DNA of 64,000 bases. It comes from Candidatus Saccharimonadales bacterium (GTDB lineage: Bacteria; Patescibacteriota; Saccharimonadia; Saccharimonadales; SZUA-47). The DNA is taken from contig JBGSRU010000007.1 of assembly GCA_041737385.1 (NCBI GenBank), positions 5,552 to 69,551 on the forward strand, read 5' to 3'. The translations under genes and the position numbers were made by a program. The notes under the pieces are model-generated. The model was not told the DNA's origin. It worked only from the letters and a program-made list of their open reading frames with translations, and did not search any database. Below, one piece after another: positions 62,075-64,000 of the stretch (positions are counted from its first letter, which is position 1; the number at the start of each line of letters is the position of its first letter).

Positions 62075-62899
62075 ATGAAAACGAGTGAAGTTAAAAACGG
62101 TAGAATTGCTGGAATAAAGTTTTCAAAAGACTTGAGTGATGAAGTGTGTTTTGTTGTCTGGAATCAGTGGCGGAGTGGGGCCAAATCATTATTTTCTAAG
62201 TACTTAGCAGAGCAATTAGTCTCAAATAAAAAAGTTGGCGCCGTTTACTGTCTAGATAGGATAGCTTCTGGTGGCATGAGCGACAACGCACTTACGAAAA
62301 CTGAACTAAAAAATATGCAAAATAAAGCTGATCTACAGTTTATGGAAGACTATACAGATGCTGTAATTAAGCTCACCAAAAACTATAAAAAAGTGGTAAT
62401 TGTTGGATCCTCGGGTGGTACATTGGCAGTTCAGGCGTGCATTGAAGGTTTACAAAAAGTTAGTAACAACAAAAAATATAGTGCCGTTATGGTTGAACCA
62501 ACTGGCCTGCGGCCTCACGGAGTATACGGGAATAAACATACATCACTTGTACACGGGTTTGGAAGACACGTATTTGCTTATCGACACAGGGTCGGAAGAG
62601 GCTGGTGGACACCGATGAATAGAGAGCAATATTTTACTAAAGGAGCTATGCTAGAAAAGAGAGGCATATATTATGCTTCTGGGAAATCTTTGAATGAGTT
62701 AGTTGATTTAGTTGAAATCAATAACCTTGAGCTAGAAATTTATATATCAGACGATAGTCATATGCACTCAGCAAAAGAAAGAGAAATATTGAAAGCTTTG
62801 AGTGCCGGATCTACTACAATTCATGTGATACACGGAAATCACGACAAAATCTGCCAGCCTGTCCCGTTAGCAAAACTGTACTTGAAAGGAACTAAGTAA
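62075..62899 (+). CDS. Alpha/beta-hydrolase-like hypothetical protein
   Basis: VVIVGSSGGTLAV contains a GxSxG nucleophile elbow. A His lies near the C-terminus (HGNHDKI). Confidence 0.4.
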   Translation: MKTSEVKNGRIAGIKFSKDLSDEVCFVVWNQWRSGAKSLFSKYLAEQLVSNKKVGAVYCLDRIASGGMSDNALTKTELKNMQNKADLQFMEDYTDAVIKLTKNYKKVVIVGSSGGTLAVQACIEGLQKVSNNKKYSAVMVEPTGLRPHGVYGNKHTSLVHGFGRHVFAYRHRVGRGWWTPMNREQYFTKGAMLEKRGIYYASGKSLNELVDLVEINNLELEIYISDDSHMHSAKEREILKALSAGSTTIHVIHGNHDKICQPVPLAKLYLKGTK

Positions 62900-62904
62900 C
62901 AGCA

Positions 62905-63444
62905 ATGGATCATTTAGGCTTATTTACGATTATTATTTCCTGGGCTGGACTAATGTTTTTGATTTGTAGATGGAAGGGAAATAGCAGCATGACATTTAGT
63001 CAACATGCTGCTCAGCATAAGTCATCAAGCGCGTACTATTTGCTGCTTTGGGTGCTAATTTTACCGCCACTTTACCGGTTTCTGATTACTGATTTCTACG
63101 ATGAGTTATCTTTAACGCCTTTGTTTATTTTGCTTTCTACTGCTACTTGTCTGTTGATGCTTATTGCGGCAGCAGTACCTGAAACTGGCGGGACAAAAAC
63201 TACCATTCACCGTTTGGCTGCATTTAGTATGGCCACTTTATTTCTCCCAGCCGTTTTACTGATAGCACTAACTGGCGACGTCAGTAGTTTTGCTAAGGTT
63301 ACTTTACTACTATCCGCAGCGGTTATGTTGACAGAAATCATTGTTCTAACCGTATATAAACGCAAACATCCCAAGATGCTATGGATACAGGGCTCCTACA
63401 TAGCTATTTTTTATATATCAATATTGATAGCGTATTATTTATAA
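62905..63444 (+). CDS. Polytopic membrane protein (paralog of 61431-61964)
   Basis: Hydrophobic helices and the shared motif noted for 61431-61964. Confidence 0.5.
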   Translation: MDHLGLFTIIISWAGLMFLICRWKGNSSMTFSQHAAQHKSSSAYYLLLWVLILPPLYRFLITDFYDELSLTPLFILLSTATCLLMLIAAAVPETGGTKTTIHRLAAFSMATLFLPAVLLIALTGDVSSFAKVTLLLSAAVMLTEIIVLTVYKRKHPKMLWIQGSYIAIFYISILIAYYL

Positions 63445-63445
63445 G

Positions 63446-63997
63446 ATGACTAAATTTTATTTTGTAAGACACGGACAGAGCACAGCAAACGCAGCATTAA
63501 TAGTTGCCGATAGTACGGCATTATTGACAGATGATGGCATTGAACAGGCTAAACGAACAGGCAAAGAACTTAAAGATATAAATATAAAGCTAATTGTTAC
63601 GTCTCCGTATATTCGTGCACAACAAACTGCAGAAACGATTGCTGGAGAAATAGGTATTCCAGTAACTAACATAGAAATAGTCGAAGAACTTAAAGAGCGA
63701 TTTCTCGGTGAGTGTGAAGGCAAGCTAAAAGATATGGAAAGTGAGCGATTTTTTGAAATAGATACTGAACGTGGTTTTGAATCTCAGAAAATTTTAGTAC
63801 TACGTATGAAAAAAGCCTTAAACATAATCAGTAAATCAGTAAATTGTATTGATGGTGGGGTTGTCGTCGTAGGCCATGCGATTTCTGGATTTTATCTGCG
63901 ACAAGTTGCAAAAGGCTTCACAAACGTTTCTGATTTTGAAGATTATCACCATATGAACAACGCGGACTTTACAGAAGTTGAGATTATGAATGATTAA
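63446..63997 (+). CDS. Histidine-phosphatase (phosphoglycerate-mutase-like) family protein
   Basis: FYFVRHGQSTAN (RHG catalytic motif), and a downstream VVVGHA His. Confidence 0.82.
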   Translation: MTKFYFVRHGQSTANAALIVADSTALLTDDGIEQAKRTGKELKDINIKLIVTSPYIRAQQTAETIAGEIGIPVTNIEIVEELKERFLGECEGKLKDMESERFFEIDTERGFESQKILVLRMKKALNIISKSVNCIDGGVVVVGHAISGFYLRQVAKGFTNVSDFEDYHHMNNADFTEVEIMND

Positions 63998-64000
63998 AGC

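Noticed and set aside
1-64000. Alternative genetic code (UGA or UAG reassignment, as in some CPR lineages)
   Set aside because: Conserved genes end on TGA (msrB), TAG (pilin-like ORF, groEL) and TAA. No conserved gene needs an in-frame TGA. The single in-frame TAG in the MOSC gene is isolated.

Overview
This 64-kb segment looks like the chromosome of a reduced-genome, Gram-positive-type CPR/Patescibacteria bacterium, best guess Saccharibacteria/TM7-like. That call rests on gene content only; no database search was possible. The genetic code is standard: TAA, TAG and TGA all terminate well-conserved genes, and no conserved gene carries an in-frame TGA.

Most of the window is tightly packed housekeeping:
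- hsp20, comF, valS, tsaD and a murE-like ligase
- groES-groEL behind a CIRCE operator
- a PGI/PMI isomerase plus a cupin protein
- argH-argG-argS, gdh, mscL, msrB, orn, dnaG-rpoD, polA, tag and rlmH
- a MacB-type ABC pair with a sortase, and an LPXTG-like substrate
- tandem T4SS-pilin-like genes
- a CarS-like / PHP / CDP-alcohol-transferase lipid trio
- a GGDEF cyclase

Interspersed are orphan proteins. They sit behind near-consensus TTGACA-17-TAnnAT promoters and AT-rich leaders.

There are four tRNA genes: Ser-GCU, Arg-GCG, Ser-GGA and Ser-UGA.

The most unusual signal is non-coding. Every tRNA gene is followed by one to three cassettes built from its own sequence. Each cassette has a terminator hairpin, then an inverted, decayed copy of the tRNA 3' end. 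After a short turn comes a direct copy of the T-arm and acceptor end. In most cassettes this direct copy is interrupted by an insert, which is a homologous ~55-nt hairpin within the T-loop in three of them. The cassette ends in a perfect or near-perfect copy of the last 14-21 nt of the tRNA. No recombinase gene is visible in the window.

The second signal is a pair of homologous intergenic elements (about 20505-20765 and 52397-52645). They share helices with compensatory changes and a variable-size insertion, which suggests an undescribed structured RNA or repeat family.

Smaller observations:
- a MOSC gene broken by one in-frame TAG
- a 53-codon membrane ORF that exactly fills the groES-groEL spacer
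- a 47-codon ORF coupled to the sortase by an ATGA overlap
- a photolyase-related protein with only two cysteines
- a second CIRCE-like site in front of a non-chaperone gene
- two HEXXH orphan proteins

No CRISPR array, rRNA, transposase or integrase was recognised.
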